Virus record (IMG/VR): IMGVR_UViG_3300040781_000350
Origin: a virus
Taxonomy: Duplodnaviria > Heunggongvirae > Uroviricota > Caudoviricetes
Reading direction: 5' to 3' (one strand)
DNA: 64,000 bases
Shown here: positions 9,660-18,932 of the stretch, piece after piece
Layout: the number at the start of each line of letters is the position of its first letter
Position numbering within the stretch: position 1 is the first letter of the stretch
The notes under the pieces: generated by a model
Seen by the model: the letters and a program-made list of their open reading frames with translations, nothing else
Databases searched by the model: none
What the model was told of the DNA's origin: nothing
Made by a program: the position numbers and the translations under genes

Positions 9660-9866
9660 CTAGATCGTTTCAATTTCCTGTACGACTTGTTGCTGAACCT
9701 TCTTGATTAGATCTTGTTTATCATTTGTGGTATTAATTTGTAGTTGCAAGTAAAAATGATCTTGTTTACGGTGATCTACCGTAAACTTATCTTCCATCAA
9801 AGCATTCACATTTTTGACATGCACAAACCCTGTCTCTGAGATAGTTCTCCAATCAAATTTTCTCAT
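9660..9866 (-). CDS. hypothetical small protein (68 aa)
   Basis: Starts MRKFDW with ATGA overlap to the thyA stop. The longer 91-aa version in the ORF track would overlap thyA by 73 nt. Confidence 0.4.
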   Translation of the reverse strand: MRKFDWRTISETGFVHVKNVNALMEDKFTVDHRKQDHFYLQLQINTTNDKQDLIKKVQQQVVQEIETI

Positions 9867-10762
9867 ACTGCAACCTCCGCCTTGATTGTACCCTGATGAT
9901 TGTAATCGACGAGCTTCGAGTCTGAAAACTCCCAATCAAATACACTTGTAAAATTATCTGTCTGAAGCGTAGGCAACGCAAGCGGGCTACGTGACAGCTG
10001 TTCTCTTGCTTGTTCCACATGGTTCTCATACAGGTGTAAATCAGCTAGTGAACCACTTAGAACACCTGGTTTGAGACCTGCTTCTTTTGCTAGCAAATCT
10101 AGTAGCAAAGCATACGATGCAAGATTGAATGGTACCCCAAGGAATGTATCACAACTGCGCTGCGTCCAAACAAGGTCGAGATATTCACCACGCTTCATAA
10201 CTTGCCAAGAAAAATGACACCATGCAAGTGCTGTATGATCTAGACCGAGAGGATTCCAAGCAGTACAGACCATTCGACGACATTCAGGATTGTTATGAAG
10301 TCGATAAACAATACTTTTTAATTGGTCAACACTTTGATGACCTTCATTACCGTAATGTCTTGCAGATGGATCATGAAAATCTCTCCAACTAGCTCCATAA
10401 ATACATGGACCGAGATCGTCTTCGGCTTTCATTTTAGCTTTAGTTTCATCATCGTTACCATATAGTACTTTATCTGGGTTACACCATTCATCCCAAATCT
10501 TACATCCACGATCTTGAAACCATTTCTTAGATGTAACACCTTTAATGAACCCCTCGAGCTCAACCGCCATTGTTTTAAATGCAAGACGTTTTGTTGTAAG
10601 TGCCGGAAATCCTAAACTCATATCATGTTGAATCATACGAGGTGGGATTTTATAAGTAGCTACACCGGTACGGTTTTGCTGAATGACATCTGTATCAAGA
10701 AGGTCTTGAAGAATTTGTAGGTATTGTGTTTCTGCGTTCATATTAATCTTTAAAGTGTTCAC
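9863..10762 (-). CDS. thyA: thymidylate synthase
   Basis: 299 aa with canonical ThyA sequence throughout, including the active-site region LAWCHFSWQVM and the C-terminal DYNHQGTIKAEVAV. It is uninterrupted, with no intron, unlike T4 td. Confidence 0.9.
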   Translation of the reverse strand: MNTLKINMNAETQYLQILQDLLDTDVIQQNRTGVATYKIPPRMIQHDMSLGFPALTTKRLAFKTMAVELEGFIKGVTSKKWFQDRGCKIWDEWCNPDKVLYGNDDETKAKMKAEDDLGPCIYGASWRDFHDPSARHYGNEGHQSVDQLKSIVYRLHNNPECRRMVCTAWNPLGLDHTALAWCHFSWQVMKRGEYLDLVWTQRSCDTFLGVPFNLASYALLLDLLAKEAGLKPGVLSGSLADLHLYENHVEQAREQLSRSPLALPTLQTDNFTSVFDWEFSDSKLVDYNHQGTIKAEVAV

Positions 10763-11210
10763 GTACGGTATTTTCCATAATCTGCTTTAGCTGACTATCG
10801 ATATTGAACCGTTTGCTGTTGATATCCAAACTGGTGCGGATATTACCGTTTTTATTTCGTTGCGTAGCTGCTTTCCAGTCTGCAAGCATCTCGAGCAAAT
10901 CGAGGAGTGTCATGTCATTAACACCATTCTCCCAGTGTTCAGGGTGGTGCCGGTTCTTTGCATAGTGGTTGTCAATAGCAGGTTGTACCTGCTTGAGAAG
11001 CTCATCATACTCAGGAGAACCATATTCTGTCTTAGCTAGTTCAGGAGTCTTTTCAGCAAAGATTGCTAGCTCCGGATCAACAAACTTACTATCATCATGC
11101 TTTTGACCACGATCAATCAGATCATGTACAAACAAATTCAGATTCATTTGTACTTGACGGACATGTTTATGCGTCTCGTTCAGACAGTTTAATGTTTTAT
11201 TATTGCTCAT
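10743..11210 (-). CDS. hypothetical protein, possible HD-domain phosphohydrolase
   Basis: 155 aa. H..H…HD…D spacing (HKHVRQV…FVHDLIDRGQKHDDSKF) resembles the HD metal-binding motif. Confidence 0.35.
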   Translation of the reverse strand: MSNNKTLNCLNETHKHVRQVQMNLNLFVHDLIDRGQKHDDSKFVDPELAIFAEKTPELAKTEYGSPEYDELLKQVQPAIDNHYAKNRHHPEHWENGVNDMTLLDLLEMLADWKAATQRNKNGNIRTSLDINSKRFNIDSQLKQIMENTVREHFKD

Positions 11211-11216
11211 ATTGTT

Positions 11217-11396
11217 TCATTCCTTCCGGTTTTGTATCCGACGACGGATAGCAGCTTCAATTCCGTCTTGTTCATCTGTTAACATTGCTTTAGCGTTATG
11301 TAAGATACTTTCAATATCATTTTCATCAAACCATTCTCTATCAACATCTAACCAACCAAGAATGTATTCTGCAATTTCAAATTTAGTAAATTTCAT
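11217..11396 (-). CDS. hypothetical small protein (59 aa, not in ORF track)
   Basis: Hand-translated as MKFTKFEIAEYILGWLDVDREWFDENDIESILHNAKAMLTDEQDGIEAAIRRRIQNRKE. ATGA overlap with the upstream gene. Confidence 0.3.
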   Translation of the reverse strand: MKFTKFEIAEYILGWLDVDREWFDENDIESILHNAKAMLTDEQDGIEAAIRRRIQNRKE

Positions 11397-11671
11397 TTTG
11401 TCTTACGATACATATCTGGATGATCCTTTTTATATTGTTCGAATTCCTCCTTTGTCATGTTCCATGGATCTGTTGGATCAGGAGCAAGATGATCAAGAAT
11501 TTCTTCCGGGGAGTCACCGATCATGTAATACGGAATTGTACGATCACAAAGATTGTCTTCCTTACCTCCTTCGTCTTCTTGTTTGAGTCGAGCTCGAGCA
11601 TGACGGCGAAGCATCTTTTTATCGTTCATGTCATCCCGCTCAATAAGAGATCCGCGCTTGAATTTATCCAT
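11393..11671 (-). CDS. hypothetical protein (92 aa)
   Basis: ORF in the packed series. Confidence 0.4.
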   Translation of the reverse strand: MDKFKRGSLIERDDMNDKKMLRRHARARLKQEDEGGKEDNLCDRTIPYYMIGDSPEEILDHLAPDPTDPWNMTKEEFEQYKKDHPDMYRKTK

Positions 11672-11691
11672 ACTGTATTATAGAAGTGTTC

Positions 11692-12807
11692 CTACAGATC
11701 TTCACGCCCAATGTCAACCATAACCGGAAAACGTGGAATACCATCTGGTGTAAGGTTCTGATATCGAATTGTAGCAAGCTTACCAATGTATTTGTCTTTG
11801 TTAACAAGCAGCTCGGTAAACAATTCATCATTACCACGACCACTAGCTCCAAATTCTTTACCATCTTTTGTTTGACAAATCAACCGACCCATCATACCTG
11901 CACGTCGCCCATTACCTGGTGTGATATCAAGCACTAAAAATTCATCATCATCGAATGCTTTATACTTCTGCAAATGTTTTGTACGTGTGAAAATATACGG
12001 CTCGCTCGGATTCTTCAACATGATACCTTCATACCCATCCTCGATATAACTTGCATGAGCTTCTTCAATTGTTTCAATTGTCGGCTCGTACATAATATTC
12101 TCAACAATCTTAATCATTGAATCAATACCTGCAACTTCCATATGAAGAAACTCTTGACGTTCAATTGTGGTCATATCAGGTCGATCTGAATCAAACATAT
12201 CGAATACATGAAACTGTAACTTGCTTGCTGCTTCAGCTAAGTCAGCTGATGTAGGTTTCTTTTTACGTGTTAAACTGATTATTTTGTTGAAATCAGTATT
12301 GTATTCATGATTATAAATTTCACCATCAAGACGTACTGTTGGAAACTTCTCAAAGAAGCTTCCGAGCGCATCAAACAAATGACCAAGTGTGAAGTATGGT
12401 TTATTATTACGACTTACTGCTTCATTTTTGTCAATGATACACCGTAACCCGTCCAGCTTTGGGGAGATAAATACATGCTTCTCAAGATGCTTAGGTTGAT
12501 ATTTCTGTGCTAGGGTAGGACTAAAGTTTGTCTGTGTATCATCTGGCACATCATCAACATTTTCAACATACCCTTTATTTACATGGTCATCCCACTGCTT
12601 TTGTGCGCGTTCCATCGCAACTGTTTGAGGAGTCTTTTCGTTTGCTTTACCAAAGTTATTTCCTTTAGCATAGGTCGGTGTACTCGTTGTCGTTTTTCCA
12701 CCTACCTGACCATACTCGGTCCAGAAATGATCATCTTCCCAGAACATTGTCCAGTGCTGAATACTTCCGTTTTTATTGCGTTTAAATAGCGTTGGTAAAT
12801 TTTGCAT
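11692..12807 (-). CDS. ATP-dependent DNA ligase
   Basis: Adenylation motif I KLDGLR (SPKLDGLRCII). Size and motif order match small phage ATP-dependent ligases. Start set at MQNLPTLF (12807) because a promoter element (12816-12833) lies directly upstream. The ORF track extends it 12 codons further. Confidence 0.8.
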   Translation of the reverse strand: MQNLPTLFKRNKNGSIQHWTMFWEDDHFWTEYGQVGGKTTTSTPTYAKGNNFGKANEKTPQTVAMERAQKQWDDHVNKGYVENVDDVPDDTQTNFSPTLAQKYQPKHLEKHVFISPKLDGLRCIIDKNEAVSRNNKPYFTLGHLFDALGSFFEKFPTVRLDGEIYNHEYNTDFNKIISLTRKKKPTSADLAEAASKLQFHVFDMFDSDRPDMTTIERQEFLHMEVAGIDSMIKIVENIMYEPTIETIEEAHASYIEDGYEGIMLKNPSEPYIFTRTKHLQKYKAFDDDEFLVLDITPGNGRRAGMMGRLICQTKDGKEFGASGRGNDELFTELLVNKDKYIGKLATIRYQNLTPDGIPRFPVMVDIGREDL

Positions 12808-12815
12808 AATGATAT

Positions 12816-12833
12816 ATATTGTATTACAGTTCC
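12816..12833 (-). promoter_or_regulatory. conserved early-type promoter-like element (variant), DNA ligase
   Basis: Copy of the conserved early-type promoter-like element, reading tatattgtattacagttcc. It ends 8 nt before the ligase ATG and overlaps the stop of the RlmN-like gene. Confidence 0.5.
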
Positions 12834-13768
12834 TTTGGTGCATGGACTTTTTCTAATCCATGACCTTTTGTCTTTTTAATTTTGTCTTTGTTTTTGTTCA
12901 TCCAGTCTTGAACATACCAAAGTTGACCGCATCCACCGCCAATATCATCTTGACCGGCTGGATTGAAAACACGGACGTTGTAACCTGCTTGTAACATCTT
13001 GGATGAAAAATCTTGTGCTAACTTCCGTTGCCGTTCATTTGCTGTGGCAATATTTTCATCGCGTTCACAAATAACTGATATTGTTGACTGCCAGATTGAC
13101 GGATCGAAATGTTTGACTAATCGATCAACATCTTCCTGTGAATCATTTTTATCATGAACACAATAATTAAAGAATGGTTTTCTACCACAAGCTTTATACC
13201 ATTCAACACCGGTTTCAGAAATCTGTTTTAGCGTCATTGTAGGGCTTGGAATTAACTTCTTTCTAGCTTCATCTGTCGATTCATGAACTGAAAACTGTAA
13301 CCCGATGGTTTGGATCCATTTAGAGATTTTATTCAACTCCTCGAAAGCTTTTATTCCGCCGATTGGAGCTGATGTTGAAATCAGAAGTGAAGCTGTAGGA
13401 TACATTGCATAAAGCGTACCGAGTGCTTTTGATAACTCATTAAAATTCAACATTGGTTCACCCATTGACATAAACATGATTTGCAGCTTATCGATATCAT
13501 TCGGATTACAATCGATCTCATTTTCCAACAAGTGTATTGATTGTGATGCAATCTCTTCACCTGTGAACGATCTTACGAAGTAGTCACCGGCGCCACAAAA
13601 CCGACACCCTACCGGACAACCAGATTGTGTAGAACAACAGATAACTGTTCGATCTTTGTATGTCGGATACTTATACAATACCGATTCTGCAACACCATTG
13701 TCCTGAGTGTAAACATACTTGTTTACATTTTCATCACTAGATGTTATTTTTTTAATATTATCCCACAT
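12824..13768 (-). CDS. RlmN/Cfr-family radical SAM RNA methyltransferase-like protein
   Basis: 314 aa. CCSTQSGCPVGCRFCGAG matches the RlmN signature S-Q-x-G-C-x3-C-x-F-C (radical SAM CX3CX2C). LQFSVHESTDEARKKLIP resembles RlmN ALSLHAPNDELR. C-terminal GGGCGQL matches the RlmN catalytic-Cys motif ACGQL. It lacks the N-terminal accessory domain of bacterial RlmN. Confidence 0.75.
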   Translation of the reverse strand: MWDNIKKITSSDENVNKYVYTQDNGVAESVLYKYPTYKDRTVICCSTQSGCPVGCRFCGAGDYFVRSFTGEEIASQSIHLLENEIDCNPNDIDKLQIMFMSMGEPMLNFNELSKALGTLYAMYPTASLLISTSAPIGGIKAFEELNKISKWIQTIGLQFSVHESTDEARKKLIPSPTMTLKQISETGVEWYKACGRKPFFNYCVHDKNDSQEDVDRLVKHFDPSIWQSTISVICERDENIATANERQRKLAQDFSSKMLQAGYNVRVFNPAGQDDIGGGCGQLWYVQDWMNKNKDKIKKTKGHGLEKVHAPKEL

Positions 13769-13780
13769 ACCGGTATTATA

Positions 13781-14365
13781 TTACAGTTCCAAAATCTTTT
13801 TCGATGTCGGTACCCAATCAGGATCAGTTTTCAACTTCATTGAGACTTTACGAAACAAATCAGCTGTTGAACCTTGCATTGTTGTTGGTACCGTATCTTG
13901 AACGGTCGAAAGACCAAAACTCTCAATCACACTAATGTAAGGTTTCTGTTCACCTTTCCAGTTCGTTGTAACACCAGCAACTCGTACTGCTGGAAATTCA
14001 CGGCCTATCCAATCATTACGAATATGTGGCTGAACAACAATTGCTGTTCGCATGTATAGTGAGCTGCCGCATCGACCAGGGTAGGATATAATTTGTCCTC
14101 GTTCAATCGGTTTACTGTATAAATCTGTAATATTATTAATAATTGCTTTTTTTGTTAAAAATTCTACTGCTTCTTCCATTGTTAGAACCTTTGCATTTTT
14201 ACCTTTTGGTCTTTGCATTGATTCAATTTTTTCTTGTTCGTTATTATAAAGACATCCTGAGCAAGTCCAACCCCCGAACATGCCGGGAGGGCATGAACCT
14301 CTTCCCTTCGAACATTTTTCAATGTTACCCTCCCGGCAGATACCACCTTGGTGTAAATAAACCAT
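13781..14365 (-). CDS. hypothetical protein with N-terminal Cys-rich (zinc-ribbon-like) region
   Basis: 194 aa, with C-x5-C…C-x…C-x2-C at the N-terminus. Confidence 0.5.
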   Translation of the reverse strand: MVYLHQGGICREGNIEKCSKGRGSCPPGMFGGWTCSGCLYNNEQEKIESMQRPKGKNAKVLTMEEAVEFLTKKAIINNITDLYSKPIERGQIISYPGRCGSSLYMRTAIVVQPHIRNDWIGREFPAVRVAGVTTNWKGEQKPYISVIESFGLSTVQDTVPTTMQGSTADLFRKVSMKLKTDPDWVPTSKKILEL

Positions 14366-14671
14366 TTACATAAACCAAGTTATAACCCAACCAAAAAGCA
14401 ATGCAAAAGCAGGCTTTAATACAGCAACCACAATACTAAAAATTATCTTTTCTTCTGACGTACGAGTATCTTCCGGTTCGTTACCGGAATAACCTTTAGT
14501 TAGATAATTTATAATTATCGCAATTCCGACTGCTACCGGGATTGTTAATGATGCAATACCAAATGTAGAAACGATAAACCATTCCCATAAGATGGTTAAT
14601 GCGTATCCGCTCCAGATTATACCGAGCGGTGTAATTAGTAATGCAATTACTGCTAGTGCTATTGTTTTCAT
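14366..14671 (-). CDS. small membrane protein (101 aa)
   Basis: Two or three hydrophobic helices. Confidence 0.5.
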   Translation of the reverse strand: MKTIALAVIALLITPLGIIWSGYALTILWEWFIVSTFGIASLTIPVAVGIAIIINYLTKGYSGNEPEDTRTSEEKIIFSIVVAVLKPAFALLFGWVITWFM

Positions 14672-14680
14672 ATTTTTGTT

Positions 14681-15412
14681 TTATTGCTTTGTAGTGGGCA
14701 TTAACCACATGTTATTGTTTGAGAAAACTTGCTCCTTGATCATGCTGTAGTATTCAAGCCGTGACAAGGTCAACATAGTATCAGCCTTGAAACACTTGAA
14801 CAATTCCTCACGGATACGCTCTTGTGAAACGTTCTTTAGACCACTTACGAACTCCATGTAGATCATGCAGCGATGAATATCCTGATGTAGGTTGAATCCC
14901 TTGGTGATTGAAAACCTGAAGTAGCGTAACATACGAAGGTAATCTTCCTTGATTCGATCTTCAGCATTTCCAACTGCACGGATAAGCTTCATATTAAGGT
15001 CATCCACCCCATGAAAAGGATCGATAATAGTACCATCAGCAAGATCAATAGCAATTGCATTTACAGTTGCGTCACGACGAGCAAGGTCATCTTCGATACA
15101 ATCAGCAATGTGGGTTACATCAGGCCGACGACCATCACTGTATTCACCATCCTTACGAGCAAGAGCAACATCAACTGCACCGAGTCCAGGAATGTTGCAT
15201 CGTAGAGTCAAAAACCCTTCAGTTGCAAGAAAGACCTCACCACCGATATCTTCAACAGCCTTCACCATGTCAGCAAAGGTAGGAGCTACCATACACAAAT
15301 CCAAGTCCTTAGGCTTGCTATTTGCGTCGATCAACTTATCACGTACCCACCCACCAACGATGTACGTTGGGAAGGGTAGCTTAATGTTAGGAATGTCTAA
15401 TACTGCTTGCAT
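14681..15412 (-). CDS. cca: tRNA nucleotidyltransferase (CCA-adding enzyme) / poly(A) polymerase family, head domain
   Basis: 243 aa. Signature GGxVRD (IVGGWVRDKLI) with DLDL catalytic carboxylates shortly after, then an RRD motif (DDLARRDATVNAIA). Confidence 0.8.
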   Translation of the reverse strand: MQAVLDIPNIKLPFPTYIVGGWVRDKLIDANSKPKDLDLCMVAPTFADMVKAVEDIGGEVFLATEGFLTLRCNIPGLGAVDVALARKDGEYSDGRRPDVTHIADCIEDDLARRDATVNAIAIDLADGTIIDPFHGVDDLNMKLIRAVGNAEDRIKEDYLRMLRYFRFSITKGFNLHQDIHRCMIYMEFVSGLKNVSQERIREELFKCFKADTMLTLSRLEYYSMIKEQVFSNNNMWLMPTTKQ

Positions 15413-15433
15413 ATGGTAATTATATGATTGTTC

Positions 15434-15805
15434 CTATCCGAAATACGGTTCGCTTTTTTTACTGAAAGGGTGCATTGCATCCCAATGTTTTTTATATGCT
15501 TCAGGATCTTTTTTCTTCATACGTTCTACTTCTTCAGCATATCGCTTCAACGGACGATTTGCAATCTCATTGAATTCATCCTGTGTAATGTTATTGAGAT
15601 TGATTTCAATATTTCGTAACTCAGGGCATCCAGTCTGCTCACCGCCAAACCGACGCTGTTCAGCACCTTCAGGGCTGAGATCGATCCCGTATTTGCAGTC
15701 ACATGTTGAAGGTTCTTTTTCGAACATCATACCGTCATAACTACATTTCGTGCGGCGAAGCAGATGGATGTATTTTCTGAGTGTTTCTATGTCTGTTGTA
15801 AACAT
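15434..15805 (-). CDS. hypothetical protein (124 aa)
   Basis: Start moved to MFTTDIE (15805). The upstream residues in the ORF track are the in-frame translation of the promoter element. Confidence 0.45.
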   Translation of the reverse strand: MFTTDIETLRKYIHLLRRTKCSYDGMMFEKEPSTCDCKYGIDLSPEGAEQRRFGGEQTGCPELRNIEINLNNITQDEFNEIANRPLKRYAEEVERMKKKDPEAYKKHWDAMHPFSKKSEPYFG

Positions 15806-15809
15806 AATA

Positions 15810-16493
15810 TTATAGCGGATTCTGAGTATCCTTACCGTGATGATCTGGAGCACTTCCATTTTGCTTATCCATGAACTTTCTCAGATCAGCAAAGTTGATC
15901 GGGTAATCATTCTCTTCAACGCTAACTTCGTAGCACTTCATCTTGGAATTCTTGTAAAGACGTCCGAGTTCAGACTTAACGAGAGTTCCATGAACATGAC
16001 TGTAAAGCATGTAAGACCCTCCGCCTTGACCATTCCAACTCAACACTGGGTAATGACTCAAGCACACAGCTTGACCATTGACAAATGCTTCGAAGTAGTT
16101 TGGAGTAAACACAACTTGCTTACCCCCGAGATCGAGAACATTTTCATCAACACCGCTAAAGCTTTGATGCCAACCCGCATAGTGATTACCAGCAGGTAGG
16201 TAAAGAGTCTTGAAGCTCAATCGGTTCAGCAATTCTTCGAATGCTTCCTTCCCACCTGCGCCGAACATAGTATCACCAAGTAGGAAACCAACAGTATTCT
16301 CATTAGCTACTTCGTTCCAACGTTGGATCAAAGTCTCTCTATGATCAAGAACGGAATCAAATCCGCGCATCTTCCATAGCGGTACCTTCCACTTTGGATC
16401 ATGATTAGCATGCAAGCATCCCCAGAACAGAACTTCCTTAGGATCTGCCTTAACCTTAACTGGCTTGTAAAATAAATCTTTTAAATTCGACAT
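15810..16493 (-). CDS. calcineurin-like metallophosphoesterase (putative)
   Basis: 227 aa. GCLHANHD, GDTMFG and AGNHYAG resemble phosphoesterase motifs I-III. Start set at MSNLKDL (16493), directly after a promoter element at 16497-16515. Confidence 0.5.
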   Translation of the reverse strand: MSNLKDLFYKPVKVKADPKEVLFWGCLHANHDPKWKVPLWKMRGFDSVLDHRETLIQRWNEVANENTVGFLLGDTMFGAGGKEAFEELLNRLSFKTLYLPAGNHYAGWHQSFSGVDENVLDLGGKQVVFTPNYFEAFVNGQAVCLSHYPVLSWNGQGGGSYMLYSHVHGTLVKSELGRLYKNSKMKCYEVSVEENDYPINFADLRKFMDKQNGSAPDHHGKDTQNPL

Positions 16494-16500
16494 ATGCGTA

Positions 16501-16941
16501 TTATAAATGTGTTCCTGTTGCAAGTTGAACATAAAATGGTACAAGAGCAATAAGCGTTACTGCGTGAATAAGCTGATCGATTCCAATTGTATTCCAAAAT
16601 GCTTTATATTGATCACGTTGCCAGAATCGAGCTGTAAGTCTACTTGTACACCAATCTGTTGCAAAATGTGTTACAAAAATATAAAAATATATTAACATAT
16701 GAAACGAAAATGATCCCCAAAATCCCATATTAGGCAGCTCTGTTACAAAGCAAAGCGGCATCAAGATAAAAAGAAAAATCATCATGAATACAGTCCCTGT
16801 ATAAATCGTAACGTGATCTAACATAACCCTGTTATCTGAGATTTTTTGTGTACCTATTTTTCTACTCTGAAGTAGAAAATCTCCGATATAATGCCCACTA
16901 AGTAAGACAGCTATAAAATAAATTGTAATATATTCAATCAT
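16501..16941 (-). CDS. small membrane protein
   Basis: Hydrophobic 147-160 aa protein. Start tentatively at MIEYITIY (16941), which has the GGAG Shine-Dalgarno-like sequence (GGAGAAGATT) 7 nt upstream. Alternative starts up to 16983. Confidence 0.4.
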   Translation of the reverse strand: MIEYITIYFIAVLLSGHYIGDFLLQSRKIGTQKISDNRVMLDHVTIYTGTVFMMIFLFILMPLCFVTELPNMGFWGSFSFHMLIYFYIFVTHFATDWCTSRLTARFWQRDQYKAFWNTIGIDQLIHAVTLIALVPFYVQLATGTHL

Positions 16942-17069
16942 AATCTTCTCCAATTCCAACTGTTCGATGTGCATATCTCTCACCGCAAGAATATTCAGCG
17001 AGCTCTGAACTGCATAGAGATAATGTTCCGTCCTTCACTCTCTGAAAAAACAGATCGATCTCTAATTCC

Positions 17070-17906
17070 TCAATCATGGTCTTCGAGATCGATGTAAATT
17101 TTGTCGTTGAACCATGACCAATCTTGTTTAAAGACTGGCGTCTCGTTATCAATGTACCATTTTGTTCTGACAGGTACCTCACCGATTTTAATATCTGGAT
17201 GCATATCAGGAAATGCTACTGTTTCAAATTTCTTATAACAAGACGAACCATGCTGTTTGGTAACTGGTAGTTCATACCAATCAGCGTCATCATCTTCATT
17301 TGACATTAACATCTCTTTAAGCTTAGCTGTATTCTTACCTTGTAACTCTTTATGTGAGTAATAAGCTCGAGCTTGCATCTGAACACTGTTTTTTGCAGCA
17401 TCTTGCATTCTCCACCACAAGCAGTTTAAAACTTCATAACGTTGTGATAGTGGAAACACACGAGCATCGAATTGAGCTTGTTTCATTACCATTGCATCAG
17501 CTACAGCAGTTTCATCTAACTGATTACCATAATCAGGTGTTATAGCACGAACCATTCGCAACTGATTAAACTTACTTGTTGCAAGACTTGCAGCAACACT
17601 TGTGATCTTTTGGATGTTTCCGCCAAACCAGATATCAGCTTCACGGCTCATCAGGTCAGTAAACACGATTGTGATATCATCTGATTGTGTATAACCAAAC
17701 TGCGCACCCTGGATATTCTCACAAAGAAACTTCATCGTCTCTTGCATATCTTCGATCATACCTTCATCGAATGGTCGATCCAACCCTTTTGTATAGGTAT
17801 GAAATGCTTTACCATCGATGCGTAGCACGTAATATTGTTTTGGTGAAAGATATGTACGAGTGATATTCTCGTAACCTTTCATGCGATCTCCTAATTCATC
17901 ACTCAT
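17070..17906 (-). CDS. tRNA-His guanylyltransferase (Thg1)-like 3'-5' nucleotide polymerase
   Basis: 278 aa. YYVLRIDGKAFH matches the Thg1 motif RIDGRxFH. GYTQSDDITIVF matches the Thg1 catalytic motif GQSDEYSF. Confidence 0.75.
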   Translation of the reverse strand: MSDELGDRMKGYENITRTYLSPKQYYVLRIDGKAFHTYTKGLDRPFDEGMIEDMQETMKFLCENIQGAQFGYTQSDDITIVFTDLMSREADIWFGGNIQKITSVAASLATSKFNQLRMVRAITPDYGNQLDETAVADAMVMKQAQFDARVFPLSQRYEVLNCLWWRMQDAAKNSVQMQARAYYSHKELQGKNTAKLKEMLMSNEDDDADWYELPVTKQHGSSCYKKFETVAFPDMHPDIKIGEVPVRTKWYIDNETPVFKQDWSWFNDKIYIDLEDHD

Positions 17907-17912
17907 GTTGTT

Positions 17913-17932
17913 ATAATATCGTTGTTCCTATT
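17913..17932 (-). promoter_or_regulatory. conserved early-type promoter-like element (variant), Thg1-like gene
   Basis: Copy of the conserved early-type promoter-like element, reading ttataatatcgttgttcc, 6 nt from the ATG. Confidence 0.5.
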
Positions 17933-18069
17933 TTACCAACAAAACCATCCGCCGCATTTATTACATTTAACACCACCACGTGGTTGTGCTTGGATATCAT
18001 GATCACATTCTGTATCAGCATCCCAAAGTTCATCTAATTCTGAGACGTTTTCTTTTATTTCATCACCCA

Positions 18070-18486
18070 TTACAGCTTAATGTTATTGAGGATCTTCTCC
18101 TTTTGCTTTGCAACTACCTCAGCAGGTACCCCATGTACGTTTTCACTCCCATGCAAGTTCTGAACAACATAGCTCACAACTACATAACCATGCTTTTCAG
18201 CAAGTTCGATATACGGCTTACGTTCTTTACCTGTTGTATTGGTGTTGTCAACAATGATACATGCAGTTCTTTTCAACATATTCAGCTCGACCTGATCTTT
18301 GCACCAAGCATGAGCTTGGCCGAGTTTACTCGGATCGAAATCATAACCATCACCCCAGAATAAATCAGCACTACATATTTCACAATCTGGGTGCAAAGTT
18401 TCGATGAACTTGCTAAAGGTAGACTTACCGCTGCCTGACGCTCCGACAGGCAGGATAAGTACTTTGTTTTGAATTAATGGATTCAT
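18070..18486 (-). CDS. P-loop polynucleotide kinase-like protein (kinase domain only)
   Basis: 138 aa. Walker A GASGSGKST at the N-terminus, as in the T4 Pnk kinase domain. Context of RNA ligases and phosphoesterases. Confidence 0.6.
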   Translation of the reverse strand: MNPLIQNKVLILPVGASGSGKSTFSKFIETLHPDCEICSADLFWGDGYDFDPSKLGQAHAWCKDQVELNMLKRTACIIVDNTNTTGKERKPYIELAEKHGYVVVSYVVQNLHGSENVHGVPAEVVAKQKEKILNNIKL

Positions 18487-18509
18487 ATAGCTATTATGTT
18501 AATGTTCCT

Positions 18510-18710
18510 TTACTTGCTTACTCGCTCACGAATTTCTGCAAGAGAATGCTCGATCAAAAGCTCCATAAGGTCATCAGAACTTTGAATCCTAGCTTCAATA
18601 ACCTCTGTTGGCTCGTTATGGTAAATTGCTCCGGCAGCAACATGTACCTCACCACCACTGAATACATGGCGATTGAAATTAATATGCTTGTTTTTTTCTA
18701 GTTTAATCAT
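18510..18710 (-). CDS. hypothetical protein (66 aa)
   Basis: ORF in an operon. Confidence 0.4.
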   Translation of the reverse strand: MIKLEKNKHINFNRHVFSGGEVHVAAGAIYHNEPTEVIEARIQSSDDLMELLIEHSLAEIRERVSK

Positions 18711-18721
18711 AATTGTTTTGT

Positions 18722-18928
18722 CTATTTAAATTGTGTATCCATGTTGATATTAAACGAACGGAAAACATAGTATAGTGATCCGATGTAAAATATCACCCAA
18801 GTACTCCATGTTGCAAAAACGAAACTATTCCAAGGTAGTTCATATATCACACCTGTAGACCACAGGGTAGCAAAAAACATCAATATGGAAATGAATTTAT
18901 GTTTATGTTTTAAAAATCGTCGTATCAT
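18722..18928 (-). CDS. small membrane protein (68 aa)
   Basis: Two hydrophobic helices. Promoter element at 18934-18952. Confidence 0.4.
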   Translation of the reverse strand: MIRRFLKHKHKFISILMFFATLWSTGVIYELPWNSFVFATWSTWVIFYIGSLYYVFRSFNINMDTQFK

Positions 18929-18932
18929 ATGT

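Noticed and set aside
9863-10762. Possible group I intron in thymidylate synthase (as in T4 td)
   Set aside because: The thyA reading frame is continuous and full length with no interruption.
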